Below are positions 10,308-21,200 of a stretch of DNA of 64,000 nt, in pieces. Under the pieces are notes generated by a model that worked only from the letters and a program-made list of their open reading frames with translations, was not told the origin of the DNA and did not search any database. The number at the start of each line of letters is the position of its first letter. Positions within the stretch are counted from its first letter, which is position 1. The position numbers and the translations under genes are program-made. The DNA is from Candidatus Bruticola papionis (GTDB lineage: Bacteria; Vulcanimicrobiota; Xenobia; Xenobiales; Xenobiaceae): NCBI GenBank assembly GCA_002407045.1, contig DHKB01000048.1, positions 22,585 to 86,584 on the forward strand, read 5' to 3'.

Positions 10308-12047
10308 TTGAAAGGTTTTTGGGATATCGTGAATTTTTCTAAGTTTTTACTTGTATGTGCTCTCACTGCTGGCCTGTCTGTTGCCGGGCTTTCCCCTGCT
10401 CAAGCTGATGACAAACTCGTCGGCGAGGCTTTAAAGTATTTCAACGCCAAAAATTACACCAAAGCCAACACCCTGATCGATCAGCACTTGGCTAAAAATC
10501 CCAAAGATGCCAACGCTCAGTACGCTAAGGCCATGATCTTATATCGTATGGGCCATTATATAAAAGCTCTGCAGCGCTTAGAAATAGTACTGAAGCTGTC
10601 TCCAAAGAACCACAATGCAGCTACAGCTTATGCTCGAATCAACCAGCAAGCCGTCTACCACCTCAATCAAGGCAAAAACGAAGATGCTATTGCTTTGGCC
10701 AATCACAGTGTAGACATTATGCCTAAATGGAACTCCATGGAATTTCGCGTTGCTCAAGCTGGTTGTTATTTTGCCAAAGGTACAGCTTACTTTGAGCGTT
10801 GGTGCCTGAGCAATGATCCAGAAGATTCACGTATAGCTATGGAAAGTTGGGAGAAGACTCGCGATCTCGATCCTACTTCAGCTACTCAGCAATTAGTTAA
10901 TGGTATCAATTCCTTTGTCAGTGGCAATTACACTTTAGCCAAGAAATACTTCGACGAAGGCTTAACTGTACGCAAAGAAAACAAATATTTGCAACTTTGG
11001 GACGCTTTTGCCAATGCTTCCGTAGGCGAAACTAACCGTGCGGTAGCTCAGCTTAACGACTTAGCTTCCCTCTTTAGACGCAACCCTGTTTTGCATCTTT
11101 ATAAAGGTGATATTGCCAAACAAACGGGTGACTTTGATACTTCTCGCCAAGAATACACCATTGCTAAAGATTTGCGTCCTACCGACCATCGCATTCCTGT
11201 AGCTTTGCGTACTCTCTATTTATGTGCCAACCAAGTCAACGACGGCTTAACCGCTTACGACGAACAAATAAGCCAAGCTCCCGACAACTTCAATCCTTAT
11301 TATCAGAAGGCTTGCTTGCTCAAAGAGGCTGGCTACTTCGATGAAGCTCTCGGCGCTTACAATACCATAGCCTCTTCGTCTAATTTCACTCCCGTACAAG
11401 TGGCTTCAGCGAAAGTCGGCATGGCTCTAATCCATTTTGAACGCGGTGACAGCAAAAAGGCTATGGCTTGTGTCACTCCAGAAGATTTGCAAACTTTGAG
11501 AAGTTCCAATAGCCCCATGAGTTTGCTTTATGCAGCCTACGCCGAGAGCCAGAGCGCTTTACGCGAAAAAGCTTGCCGTGAAGCTTTGCTTTACTCCGGC
11601 CCGGACGCCATGTTTGTGCAACGCTGTGCCTTCAATTCTTTAGCTGAAATTGAAGCTTCCCGCAAGCAATACGCTAAAGCTATGGAATGTTTATACCAAG
11701 CTTGGAGACGCACAGCTTCTATATCTTCTCAGTGCACCGCTATGCGCGATCAGTTCGAAAGCTATAAAGCTGATACGCGCAAACAACTCCAAGCAGAAAT
11801 GCGCAAATTAGAAAAGGGCAAACGTCCTGACAAAGAAGAAGCTTTGCAAAAAGTGAATGCCAATTTGGAGGCTTTAAACACCTTAGATCTGGGCGAAGCA
11901 GGCACTATGTTCTTCCAAATTCAGGGTTCCTCTGTAGGCACCAATGCTACTTTGGTTCCAAAGTCATTAACTGGCAACATGGGAGCCATCACTTCCGATA
12001 GCTTGAAGTCTTCTTCTTGGGTAAATATCACTCCTGACTGGCAATAA
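10308..12047 (+). CDS. Secreted TPR-repeat protein
   Basis: Signal peptide (FLLVCALTAGLSVAGLSPAQA) followed by multiple TPR-like helical repeats. The start is a TTG at 10308 or a GTG at 10329. Confidence 0.65.
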   Translation: MKGFWDIVNFSKFLLVCALTAGLSVAGLSPAQADDKLVGEALKYFNAKNYTKANTLIDQHLAKNPKDANAQYAKAMILYRMGHYIKALQRLEIVLKLSPKNHNAATAYARINQQAVYHLNQGKNEDAIALANHSVDIMPKWNSMEFRVAQAGCYFAKGTAYFERWCLSNDPEDSRIAMESWEKTRDLDPTSATQQLVNGINSFVSGNYTLAKKYFDEGLTVRKENKYLQLWDAFANASVGETNRAVAQLNDLASLFRRNPVLHLYKGDIAKQTGDFDTSRQEYTIAKDLRPTDHRIPVALRTLYLCANQVNDGLTAYDEQISQAPDNFNPYYQKACLLKEAGYFDEALGAYNTIASSSNFTPVQVASAKVGMALIHFERGDSKKAMACVTPEDLQTLRSSNSPMSLLYAAYAESQSALREKACREALLYSGPDAMFVQRCAFNSLAEIEASRKQYAKAMECLYQAWRRTASISSQCTAMRDQFESYKADTRKQLQAEMRKLEKGKRPDKEEALQKVNANLEALNTLDLGEAGTMFFQIQGSSVGTNATLVPKSLTGNMGAITSDSLKSSSWVNITPDWQ

Positions 12048-12083
12048 TTCTTAGCTCAATGATTTTTTGAAGCTAAAATAAAG

Positions 12084-12122
12084 AAAGGCTGCCCGATACC
12101 ACCGAGCAGCCTTTTTTGTTTA
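12084..12122 (+). terminator. Rho-independent terminator
   Basis: aggctgc ... gcagcct stem followed by ttttttgttt. Confidence 0.65.
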
Positions 12123-12246
12123 GCGAAAATGGCTAATAGTCTTCAAAGGTACAACCTAAGCTATTAACGAAGCTTCCCAAAGTATCGGGATATGTGAAAT
12201 TTGTTCTGATTTTTTGCGCAGCAGACTACAATACGGAGAAAGAAAA

Positions 12247-14154
12247 TTGCCTGAGATTCCTGCTTCCTTACAACAAATAATAAAAATATGTGAAAAAATA
12301 TCCATCGGTGAAGCTGAACCAGGAGCTTTAAATGGATTATTTGTCAAAGCCAGACAGGTAATTGCCTTCGAACGTACAGGTTTGGAACGCTTTACTTGGG
12401 ATGCCATTTGGACTGACAAATTTCAAAGTCTGGTCAATAAACTTCAAGCAGAATTGGAAGCGCACGAAAAGGCTTTACAAGACTTAGAAAATTCCTTAAG
12501 CGATGCAGAACCTTTTGCTATCGAAAAAGCGGGGCGCGACTTAAAATACAGCGCCGAAGCTGTAGCTACTCTGTGGGATGAGCTCAATGCGGAAGTGGGA
12601 GAGCAAATGGTCATGTCTCCCTACCCAGTTTACGACCACTTACTTAAAGTTGGCCAAAATATTTTACAAGGCCACGTTGATCCTTCTGTGCTGACGGCTT
12701 TCTTCACTCCAGCAGCCGATTTTACTATCCGACTTCGCGCAGCAGTCAAGCGTTTTGTCTTATTTTACGGCGAATCTTCCCTTTCAGAATGTGCCCAAAA
12801 AGTTATAACTAACGTCGAAGCTGGTATGGGTGCTTTGGATAAATTTTTACAAAGTGGCCAAACTAAAGCTTTAGATGATGCTTTGCACCTTTTGGTAACT
12901 ACTACGGTCACTATGTATACAGTTATGAGCGACATGGGACAGTGGGCAGCAGCTGAAAAGAAATATGCCCGCCATCCCTTAGTCGAAGAGCTCTATCGTG
13001 CCAGAGAAGCAAAATTGCAAGGAGAAGATCTCTCTTACCTCTGGCAAGCTATTAAACATGCCTTAAAATTAGAGCTTACTCAAGTACAAACTTTGCTCAA
13101 TCATCCCCTGGCTTCTCTTTGTGACGTTCATAGTCAAGCTCTTAAAGCGGGCATGGCCCGCGTTATGTATATAGTTCAAGAGGGCGAAAAAAAGAGCTTG
13201 GACGAATTAAACTTGCCAGAATTTGATATTATGTTGCTTAATTTAGATCGTTTAATTCACAACGATTTAACCCATATAAATATCGAATGTCGCTTAGTGT
13301 CTGGAGCTCCCAATTTTGAAGAATTATTAGTGACAGTCGGTTTGGCTATGGATGGTAAGATCGAGCCTGAAGCCTTCAAAATTATTCTCCAAGACACTTT
13401 AGAAAGAATTGAAGAGACCCAAAATAACCTTGATGGCGCTTTGGAGCAGCTTAGTGCAGAAGATTTAGAGCTTTTGGCTCACTGCTTAGATTGCCAAGCT
13501 CTGGGGTGCCGCGAACTGGCTTCCTGGTGCGAAACTGGTGACAAGCAATTGCTTAAAAACGGTTGGCGGCGTATTAGTGCCAGTTTACCATCTACCAAAC
13601 GCATTTGTGCTCAAATGAAAAAAAGCTTAGGGTTAAACGACAATTCTTCTAAAAAGCTCACTTGCATGCGCTGCGGCCAACAGAATCCCGCTTCAGCTCG
13701 TTACTGTTCCAAATGTTCAGCCGTACTTATGCAATTAGTGCAAGCACCTCCAATGGAATATACCGATTTAGAAACTGGCCTCAGCGATAGCAACTTTGAA
13801 CATCCCTTGCCAGGCAACATCTTGAAGCTGGAACAATTGGTACGCTCAGTAGAAAGCGGTCAAGCTTACACTCAAGAAGCTGCCGAAGTGTTGGACAAGC
13901 TGTTAAGCAGCGCTTATGCCTATCGCAAACTATATATCAACAGAGTACGCCCGGCCTTAGAAAGAGAACAAATTGATCCTTCTATAGCCGAACGTTTCGA
14001 AATAGGTATGAGTTCCTATATTGATGGTTTAGAAATATGCCGCAACTTTGTAGAAGATCCGCAAATTGATTATTTATATAACGGTCTAGATCAAGCTTCG
14101 GCAGCAGCTTTGGAATTGAATGAATTGCAAACAGAATTGGCCGATTACTTCTAA
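12247..14154 (+). CDS. Hypothetical helical protein with zinc-ribbon (CxxC-x10-CxxC)
   Basis: Long ORF with no in-frame ATG near its 5' end. The start is proposed at TTG 12247, which is preceded by GGAGAAAG (TTG 12214 is an alternative). The protein contains CMRCGQQNPASARYCSKCSAV. Confidence 0.5.
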   Translation: MPEIPASLQQIIKICEKISIGEAEPGALNGLFVKARQVIAFERTGLERFTWDAIWTDKFQSLVNKLQAELEAHEKALQDLENSLSDAEPFAIEKAGRDLKYSAEAVATLWDELNAEVGEQMVMSPYPVYDHLLKVGQNILQGHVDPSVLTAFFTPAADFTIRLRAAVKRFVLFYGESSLSECAQKVITNVEAGMGALDKFLQSGQTKALDDALHLLVTTTVTMYTVMSDMGQWAAAEKKYARHPLVEELYRAREAKLQGEDLSYLWQAIKHALKLELTQVQTLLNHPLASLCDVHSQALKAGMARVMYIVQEGEKKSLDELNLPEFDIMLLNLDRLIHNDLTHINIECRLVSGAPNFEELLVTVGLAMDGKIEPEAFKIILQDTLERIEETQNNLDGALEQLSAEDLELLAHCLDCQALGCRELASWCETGDKQLLKNGWRRISASLPSTKRICAQMKKSLGLNDNSSKKLTCMRCGQQNPASARYCSKCSAVLMQLVQAPPMEYTDLETGLSDSNFEHPLPGNILKLEQLVRSVESGQAYTQEAAEVLDKLLSSAYAYRKLYINRVRPALEREQIDPSIAERFEIGMSSYIDGLEICRNFVEDPQIDYLYNGLDQASAAALELNELQTELADYF

Positions 14155-14382
14155 TTGGCTAAGATGAAATTGATAGAGAAAGAACCCTGTCCGAACTCCC
14201 ATAAACAACTGTTTAGCTTGGTAGACATCTTGCTTTATGCTCGCGGCAGGGTTTTTATTTATCTTCAATTCCAACATAATGCAAACTAACCGCTAATACT
14301 TCTATGTTAGAATAATTGTAGAGTCTTATGCCATTTTTCAGACTCAGTTAGCTTCAGCAAAGAGCAGGAAATACTAAAACTT

Positions 14383-15432
14383 ATGCGTTGGTCATTTAAA
14401 TTAGCAAAACTGTGGGGTATTGATATATATGTTCACTACACCTTTATGCTGTTGCTAATCTGGATATTTTTCTCTCGCGGAGCCAAAAACGATTGGACTA
14501 CCAGCTTAATCAGCGTATTTTTCACCCTAATCGTTTTTGGAGTCGTAACTTTGCACGAGTATGGCCATGCTTTGACCGCCAGACATTTCGGAATTGCCAC
14601 CAGAGACATAACTTTATGGCCTTTTGGCGGCGTAGCAACTTTGCAAGGTTTACCTCAGACACCACGCCAGGAAGTTTTAGTGGCTTTAGCTGGCCCAGCC
14701 GTCAATTTTGTCCTGGCTCTGGCAACTTATCTTTTCACAGATTTTATCTTTATCCCTCATTTAGCGGCCAATTTTATTCCCATAGTACAAGTATATGGAG
14801 TAGAAGTTCTCTACTGGTTCATGTGGAGTAATATTGTTTTAATGGCCTTTAATTTAATTCCAGCTTTCCCCATGGACGGCGGTCGTGTATTGCGCGGTTT
14901 CTTGTCCAAAAAGTACGATTTTCTTACGGCCACTGATAAAGCGGTTAGCATTGGTAGAGCTTGTGCCATAATTATGGCTATATACGGTGCCGGTTACAAC
15001 CATATGCTGATTATCATTGCCATTTTTATCTGGTGGAGTGGTACTCAAGAGCTCAATCAAGCGATCATGCTTGAACGTATGCGTCGAGTAAAAGAAGGTA
15101 CAGCCAGCCTCGCCGATCTTTTTGGTTTAGGTTTAGGCACTATGGGAAATGTAATGAGTCATATCCTCGGCATGAGCGGTTTCAATCCCAATAGTCAGAT
15201 AAACTTTGGCGAAGCACAAACTTCTCCCTATAATACAGAGCGCAGAGCAAACGACGCACCTGAATACATTATTTCCGAAGGATCTGTGCGTAATAGTCAG
15301 CGTCCAAATTTCCCTGGCGAAGGTAAAATTATTGACGCCGAGTTTATTTCCGATGGCGATGACGATTCTTCGTCTGAGTCAAAAACATCCTCTACAAATA
15401 ACGATGGCCTCAGAATTGTTGATATAAAGTAG
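14383..15432 (+). CDS. Site-2 protease family (M50) zinc metalloprotease
   Basis: HEYGH zinc motif within a TM helix and the second motif LIPAFPMDGGRVL. Acidic, Ser-rich C-terminal tail. Confidence 0.8.
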   Translation: MRWSFKLAKLWGIDIYVHYTFMLLLIWIFFSRGAKNDWTTSLISVFFTLIVFGVVTLHEYGHALTARHFGIATRDITLWPFGGVATLQGLPQTPRQEVLVALAGPAVNFVLALATYLFTDFIFIPHLAANFIPIVQVYGVEVLYWFMWSNIVLMAFNLIPAFPMDGGRVLRGFLSKKYDFLTATDKAVSIGRACAIIMAIYGAGYNHMLIIIAIFIWWSGTQELNQAIMLERMRRVKEGTASLADLFGLGLGTMGNVMSHILGMSGFNPNSQINFGEAQTSPYNTERRANDAPEYIISEGSVRNSQRPNFPGEGKIIDAEFISDGDDDSSSESKTSSTNNDGLRIVDIK

Positions 15433-15450
15433 GCTTAAAAAAGGAACCAT

Positions 15451-16092
15451 ATGTTGACTATTCCCCAAAGAGCTGCTTTTGTCGGTGCCAAACTCGATGA
15501 GCTTTTTCCCAACCCCAAGCCAAGCCTTATTTTTTACAGCCCCTTTACTTTGTTGGTAGCAGTTATGCTTTCGGCTCAATGTACCGATGAAAGAGTAAAT
15601 AAAGCTACCGCTAGTTTGTTTGCCGTAGCCGATACGCCTGAAAAAATGGACAAACTCAGTCAAGAAGAGATTTACCAGCATATTTACGGCTTAGGCTTGG
15701 CCAAAAACAAAGCCAAATACTTAAAAACTATGTGCCGCCAGCTTTTGGAGAATTTTTCCGGAGAAGTGCCCCAAGATTTTAAAAGTTTGGAAAGTCTCTC
15801 TGGAGTGGGCCATAAGACAGCTTCAGTAGTAAGGTTGCAAGCTTTCAATTTGCCAGCTTTTCCTGTAGATACACATATTTTTCGCTTAGCTAGGCGTTGG
15901 GGACTTTCTCAGGGCCAAACTCCCAAGCAAGTTGAAGCAGATCTTAAAAAACTATTTCCCCCCGAAGAATGGGGAAAACGCCATCTTCAATTTATCGATT
16001 GCGGCCGAACTTATTGCAAAGCCTTAGGTCACAATAGCGCCGAGTGTCCGCTTTGTTCCAAACTTAGCTCAAGTACCACTACTGTTTCCTAA
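15451..16092 (+). CDS. nth: Endonuclease III (HhH-GPD DNA glycosylase with 4Fe-4S cluster)
   Basis: HhH-GPD motif (LSGVGHKTASVV) and the C-terminal Cys cluster CGRTYCKALGHNSAECPLC. AAGGAA SD is present. Confidence 0.85.
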   Translation: MLTIPQRAAFVGAKLDELFPNPKPSLIFYSPFTLLVAVMLSAQCTDERVNKATASLFAVADTPEKMDKLSQEEIYQHIYGLGLAKNKAKYLKTMCRQLLENFSGEVPQDFKSLESLSGVGHKTASVVRLQAFNLPAFPVDTHIFRLARRWGLSQGQTPKQVEADLKKLFPPEEWGKRHLQFIDCGRTYCKALGHNSAECPLCSKLSSSTTTVS

Positions 16093-16140
16093 TTATTTTC
16101 TAGGCAGGAAGAGCAAGCTCAATTTGGCAAATATCCACCT

Positions 16141-17517
16141 ATGAATATTTGCGATCTCCGAGCCACTGAGCTGGCCCAACTTATCAAAGACAAGAAGTTA
16201 TCCCCCGTAGAAGTCACCAAGGCTTACCTTGAGCGCATAGATGAACTCAATTCTAAAGTAAATGCTTTCATCACTTTAGATAGTGAAGGAGCTCTAGAGC
16301 AAGCTCGCCGTGCTGAAAAAGAAGAGGCAGTAGGCCCTTTGCATGGCGTTCCTGTGGCCATAAAAGATCTTTCTTACACAAAAGGAATGCGCACTACTTG
16401 CGGTTCCCTTACTTTGAAAGACAACATACCCGACTTCGACTCCATTTCTGTTACTCGCATTCGCCAAGCCGGAGCTATCATTCTGGGCAAAACTAACACT
16501 CCCGAATTTGGCTACAAAGGAATAACTAACAATAGAGTCTTTGGCCCAACTCTCAATCCTTGGAATTTAGAACGCCATGCTGGCGGGTCTAGCGGCGGTT
16601 CAGCCAGCGCAGTAGCTGCCAATTTAGTGCCCATTGCCGAAGGTACCGATGGAGCCGGCTCCATTCGCATTCCAGCCTCTTTCTGCGGTGTAGTTGGCTT
16701 TAAGCCCAGCTTTGCTATGGTTCCGCGCTACCCTATTCCCGATTTGTATTACACTTTAAGCCATACTGGCCCAATAGCTCGTCATGTCGATGAAGCAGCA
16801 CTTCTCTTTGAAGTGTTGGCTGGAGCTAGCTCTCACGACAACTTGAGTATGAGCCCTTACGATTGGCCTAAGTCAGCTATGGACAAATTAAATATAGCTT
16901 ACAGTCCCAATTTAAACTATGCGCCCGTAGAAGAAGAAGTAGCTAAAATTGTCAGCCAAGCAGCTCAAAAATTTACTGAGCTTGGTTATACAATCAGCGA
17001 AGAAAACCCGCCTATCGAAGAAGATCCAGAGCCTTTGGAACTTAATATTTGGAACACGGTCTACGCTTCCCGCTATGCTCCTTTAAGCGAAGAGACCAAG
17101 GCTTTGCTCACTCCTGAAATGGTCGATATTATCGAAGAAGGCATGAAGTTGCCTGCTTACATGTATAGTAAGGACTCCATTAAGCGAACCAAGCTTTATT
17201 ATACTATGGACAAGTTCTTTGAGCGCTACGACTTAATGATTACACCGACTATGCCGGTAGAAGCGTTTGATAGTAAATTGGAACGCCCCGAAAGCGTCAA
17301 CGGTCGCAAGATCTCCACTTTATTCGGTTGGACTCCTTTTACTTACCCATTTAACTTAACCGGTCAACCTGCTATTACCGTTCCTGCTGGCTTAAGCTCC
17401 GACGGTTTGCCTATTGGCTTACAAATTGTCGGTCCTCGTGGCAGCGATCGTTTCGTCTTGGAAGTTGCCAAACGCTTCGAAGAGCTGGCTCCTTTCCCAG
17501 AATTAAAATTTGCCTAG
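16141..17517 (+). CDS. Amidase signature family enzyme
   Basis: AS signature GGSSGGSASAVAA, the Ser-cisSer-Lys catalytic context, and the ~458-aa length. Confidence 0.8.
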   Translation: MNICDLRATELAQLIKDKKLSPVEVTKAYLERIDELNSKVNAFITLDSEGALEQARRAEKEEAVGPLHGVPVAIKDLSYTKGMRTTCGSLTLKDNIPDFDSISVTRIRQAGAIILGKTNTPEFGYKGITNNRVFGPTLNPWNLERHAGGSSGGSASAVAANLVPIAEGTDGAGSIRIPASFCGVVGFKPSFAMVPRYPIPDLYYTLSHTGPIARHVDEAALLFEVLAGASSHDNLSMSPYDWPKSAMDKLNIAYSPNLNYAPVEEEVAKIVSQAAQKFTELGYTISEENPPIEEDPEPLELNIWNTVYASRYAPLSEETKALLTPEMVDIIEEGMKLPAYMYSKDSIKRTKLYYTMDKFFERYDLMITPTMPVEAFDSKLERPESVNGRKISTLFGWTPFTYPFNLTGQPAITVPAGLSSDGLPIGLQIVGPRGSDRFVLEVAKRFEELAPFPELKFA

Positions 17518-17540
17518 CCAAACTTAAGGAGCTTCACAAT

Positions 17541-18167
17541 ATGTCAGTAAATATTATTACCAAAACAGTAGGGGCTTTTGGCACCAATTGTTATTTGGTG
17601 TATGACGATCATAATGTCGGCGTCATTATCGATCCCGGCGACGACGCTCTTGAGCTAGAGCGCACTATTAAAGCTTATGGGCTAGACATTAAAGCTATTT
17701 TGCTTACTCATGGCCATTGTGACCATCTTATTGGAGCAGCCCAACTGGAAAAAGATTTACATTTGCCTCTTTACGTAAATAGTCAAGACGTAAAAGCGGT
17801 CAACAGATGTAAAAGCGACGCTTTAGAATTGGGCTTAGTTTGTAAGGAGGTTCCTCAAGTTACAGGGACTTTAGAAGATGGCCAAATTTTTAAAGCTGGA
17901 GATCTGGAATTTAAAGTGCTCCATACTCCAGGCCATACTCCAGGTGGTCAAGTCTTAGTTTGCGGCCAGCACGCTTTTTGTGGCGATACCATCTTCCATG
18001 GTTCGATTGGACGTACCGACTTTCACGACGGAGATCACGCGGCCTTAATAAACTCTATTAAAAACAAGGTTTATACTTTGCCAGACGATACAATTCTCTA
18101 TCCTGGTCACGGTTCGCAAAGTAGCGTAGGCTATGAGAAAAGGCATAACCCTTTTGTCAGAGCCTAG
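17541..18167 (+). CDS. MBL-fold metallo-hydrolase (glyoxalase II-like)
   Basis: HxHxDH motif (LLTHGHCDH) plus downstream His/Asp ligands. Confidence 0.75.
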   Translation: MSVNIITKTVGAFGTNCYLVYDDHNVGVIIDPGDDALELERTIKAYGLDIKAILLTHGHCDHLIGAAQLEKDLHLPLYVNSQDVKAVNRCKSDALELGLVCKEVPQVTGTLEDGQIFKAGDLEFKVLHTPGHTPGGQVLVCGQHAFCGDTIFHGSIGRTDFHDGDHAALINSIKNKVYTLPDDTILYPGHGSQSSVGYEKRHNPFVRA

Positions 18168-18185
18168 CCAACTAAATTGAAAGCA

Positions 18186-18230
18186 TAAAAAAAAATAACG
18201 GCCGCCACAAAAGCGACCGTTATTTTTTTA
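18186..18230. terminator. Bidirectional terminator between convergent genes
   Basis: An A-tract, then the stem aacggccgc/gcgaccgtt, then a T-tract. A second small hairpin (gctgaca...tgtcagc) follows. Confidence 0.5.
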
Positions 18231-18294
18231 ATAAACACCGCAAGCTGACAACTCGACGCCTTTGTGTCAGCTCACAGCCAGTTGTTTTTACCCA

Positions 18295-21200
18295 CTACTG
18301 CTTCTTCAGAACAATAGTAGCACCCGCAGGGAGGAAAATTCCATTTCCAGAGCTTACAGTACCGCCACCATTGCCAGTACCGGTGCCACCATAGCAGCGA
18401 GCGTTGGTATTAAACACTTCTTTCCACTGACCAGGAGGCAACTCCATACGATAGCCAGAGCGATCAGTATTGGCGAAGTTGGAAACTACCACAAACTCAT
18501 CAGATCCGCCATTGTCGCGTTTCCAAGCCAGCACTTTGTCGTCGTTGTGAGTATAAACTCGGCTAGTATTACCAGTAGCATTGAAAGCGGAAGAAGTACG
18601 ACGTAAAGCGACCAAATCGCGAGTCAAGGCGAATTGTCCAACCTGATTGGCCAGATCTTCAGCATCTTTCCTCTGCTCAGGATTCATCTCACAATAGCGA
18701 TCGAACAGCTTTTGCTCGTCAGCACTCATACGAGAGCGCTCTACTTCTCGAGAAGAATTGTCCATAGCAGCGCACTTAGCAAAGTGATCCAACTTGTCGG
18801 GAGTGACAGGGAACTTGATCCAGCTCATATCGGCTCCCCAAGTGGAAGTTAAACCGTGCTTAAAGTCGTTATTGGCCAAGAATTCTTCACCTTGGAAGAG
18901 CATAGGCACACCAGGGCCGGTTAAAGTGATAGCCGAAGCGGTACGAGCGATAGCGCGAGGGAAAGGCTGTTTGACAGCTTCGTCATCTTTGGAAGCTGCT
19001 GCACCGCGATGGATCCAGTTACCAGTATTACCTACTTCATCGTGGCTGTGAGAGTAAGTGACAGCACGACTCCAATCAGTTACGCCTACGTGGCAAGTGA
19101 TAGCTTCCATTAAGCGATCGGCGCTACCGACGCCCTGGGCCATTTCCAATAAGTCATCATGGAAGCGATCGTTCCATACACCGCTAAAGCCCATGCCCTT
19201 CTTTTCCCAACTGCCCTGACCGGATCCCTGAGTTTCAGACTTATCCATATCGGCGGCTACTAACCAGCTGCCACTAAAGTCTTCGGCTACTGTGTATACG
19301 TCAGGTTTAATCAAACGCAAAGAGCGGTTAATCTGACGCAAGGTATTCATACCCTCAATTTGCTCAGCGGAATTGCCTGTAGAGTGCAAAACTTGAGTAA
19401 AGTCGAAGCGGATACCATCGAAGCCAAACTCAGCAACTTGCTGTACAGCGTTGTCAGAATAGAAATCTTTGACGCTCTGGTTGGCGAAATTGGGCTTGGC
19501 GCCCCAAGGAGTGCAAGACTCGCCTTGCTGCCACCAATTGAAGAAGGAACGCTTGCCACCGTCGATACGCCCTAAAGGATCGTCGGCATCTGGCTTACCA
19601 GAAGTGTGGTTGTAAACCACGTCGGCCATAACATTGAAACCGCGTTTGTGGCTCTCATCTACAAAGAGCTTCATAGCGTCAGTACCAGAGATCCATACAC
19701 TCTTGGCGCCGGGCTGTTCGTCATCGGTAATGAGCTTGCGATCTAAAGCTTCCTGGCGATCCATTTCAAAACCATAGCTAGCCGCGCCGGCATAGTAATA
19801 GTCGGGAGTGTAGCCCCAGTCACGCTTGGCCCCAAACTCGTTAGTCGGCATAAGCTCGATAGTATCAATGCCTAAAGAAGCAAAGTAATCGAGGTTGTTG
19901 ATCATGTCTTCAAAGGTAGCCGGAACAGCATTATCCTTGGAGCTCATGAATGAACCGACGTGGGCTTCGTAAATTACGAAGTTGTTGTGATTGGTCTGAC
20001 GTCTGGGAACGTTATCGTATTGGAATTCAAAGCTAGACTCACGAATTAAAGATTTGCGAGCAGATCCGGGCTTGGGTTGGATAACGTTTGTGTAAGGATC
20101 ATTGAAAGGAGTAGCTATACGCTCTTGATTGCTGAGTTTGCCATCTCCATTGACATCACCGACCAACTTGCCGTCTTCTACAACTTGGTATTCGTATTGC
20201 ATACCGATCAGTTTGGGGAAATTGTTAACAGCGGTCACCCAAGCTGTGCCGGCGCCAGGGCTATCTACGCGATTCATATCGATAGAGCCGTCTTCGTTAA
20301 CACTATTGATCCAAGAGTATTTGTCGATAGGCTCAGTCTGATCTAATTTCCAATTGCGCAATACGTCTACGTCATGTTTATCGGCAGGTGAAGCTTGATC
20401 GTAGGGAATGCGCTCAGGTTTGCCCAAACGATCTAACAACTCTTGTTTGTTGAGTTGCTTGCCATTTTCATCACGCAAAACTAAACGCACACTGTCGGCA
20501 TTGGGGTGAGAATCGACTGTAAAACGTCCCCATTGAGGATCGTCGGCATAGTTGGGGCCGCCTTTACCGCTATCATCGTACCAACCGACTTCGAAGCCCA
20601 TAACGGGATCGACAAAGATACGCTCTAAGCCGCGCTGCTCACCTTGCAAATAACGAGCGTGGGGATCTGAATAGCGAACTTCTCCGCCCCAGCTGTTTTT
20701 TAAGACTTCGCCCTTTTCATTTAAAGCGGCATACTGGTAAGTTTTACCTTTGAGCTTACTCCAACCGTCGTTTTGAGTGAGCGTCCAAACGCCATTTTGC
20801 TCGTTTTTTTCCATGGGCAAGCGTTCTTCAATTTCGCCGGTCTGGGGGTTGCTTATTTCTACATAAAGCTTGTAATCGGCCAAATCACCTTTGCCCATTT
20901 CCGGAGACCAAGTCTGGAAACGAACGCCGTCTTCACCCTCTTTGTGGACGCCGAAAAGGTGCGTTTGCACTGGAGCGTAAGTCTGGACAGGATAATCTTC
21001 TAAATTGAAGTTGGGGTTGGTTTCGCTCATAACTAACCACTGAGCATTTTGCACTTTACCATCTTTGCCGGTAACATCGCCAACAACGCCCCAACTAAAT
21101 TGCTGATTTTGGCCAGTTTTAAGATCTACGGCCGCAGTAAAAATACCGTCTCCGGCCACGGCATCGCCATTTTTGCCGTCGTCGCGCATAGGAATAATCT

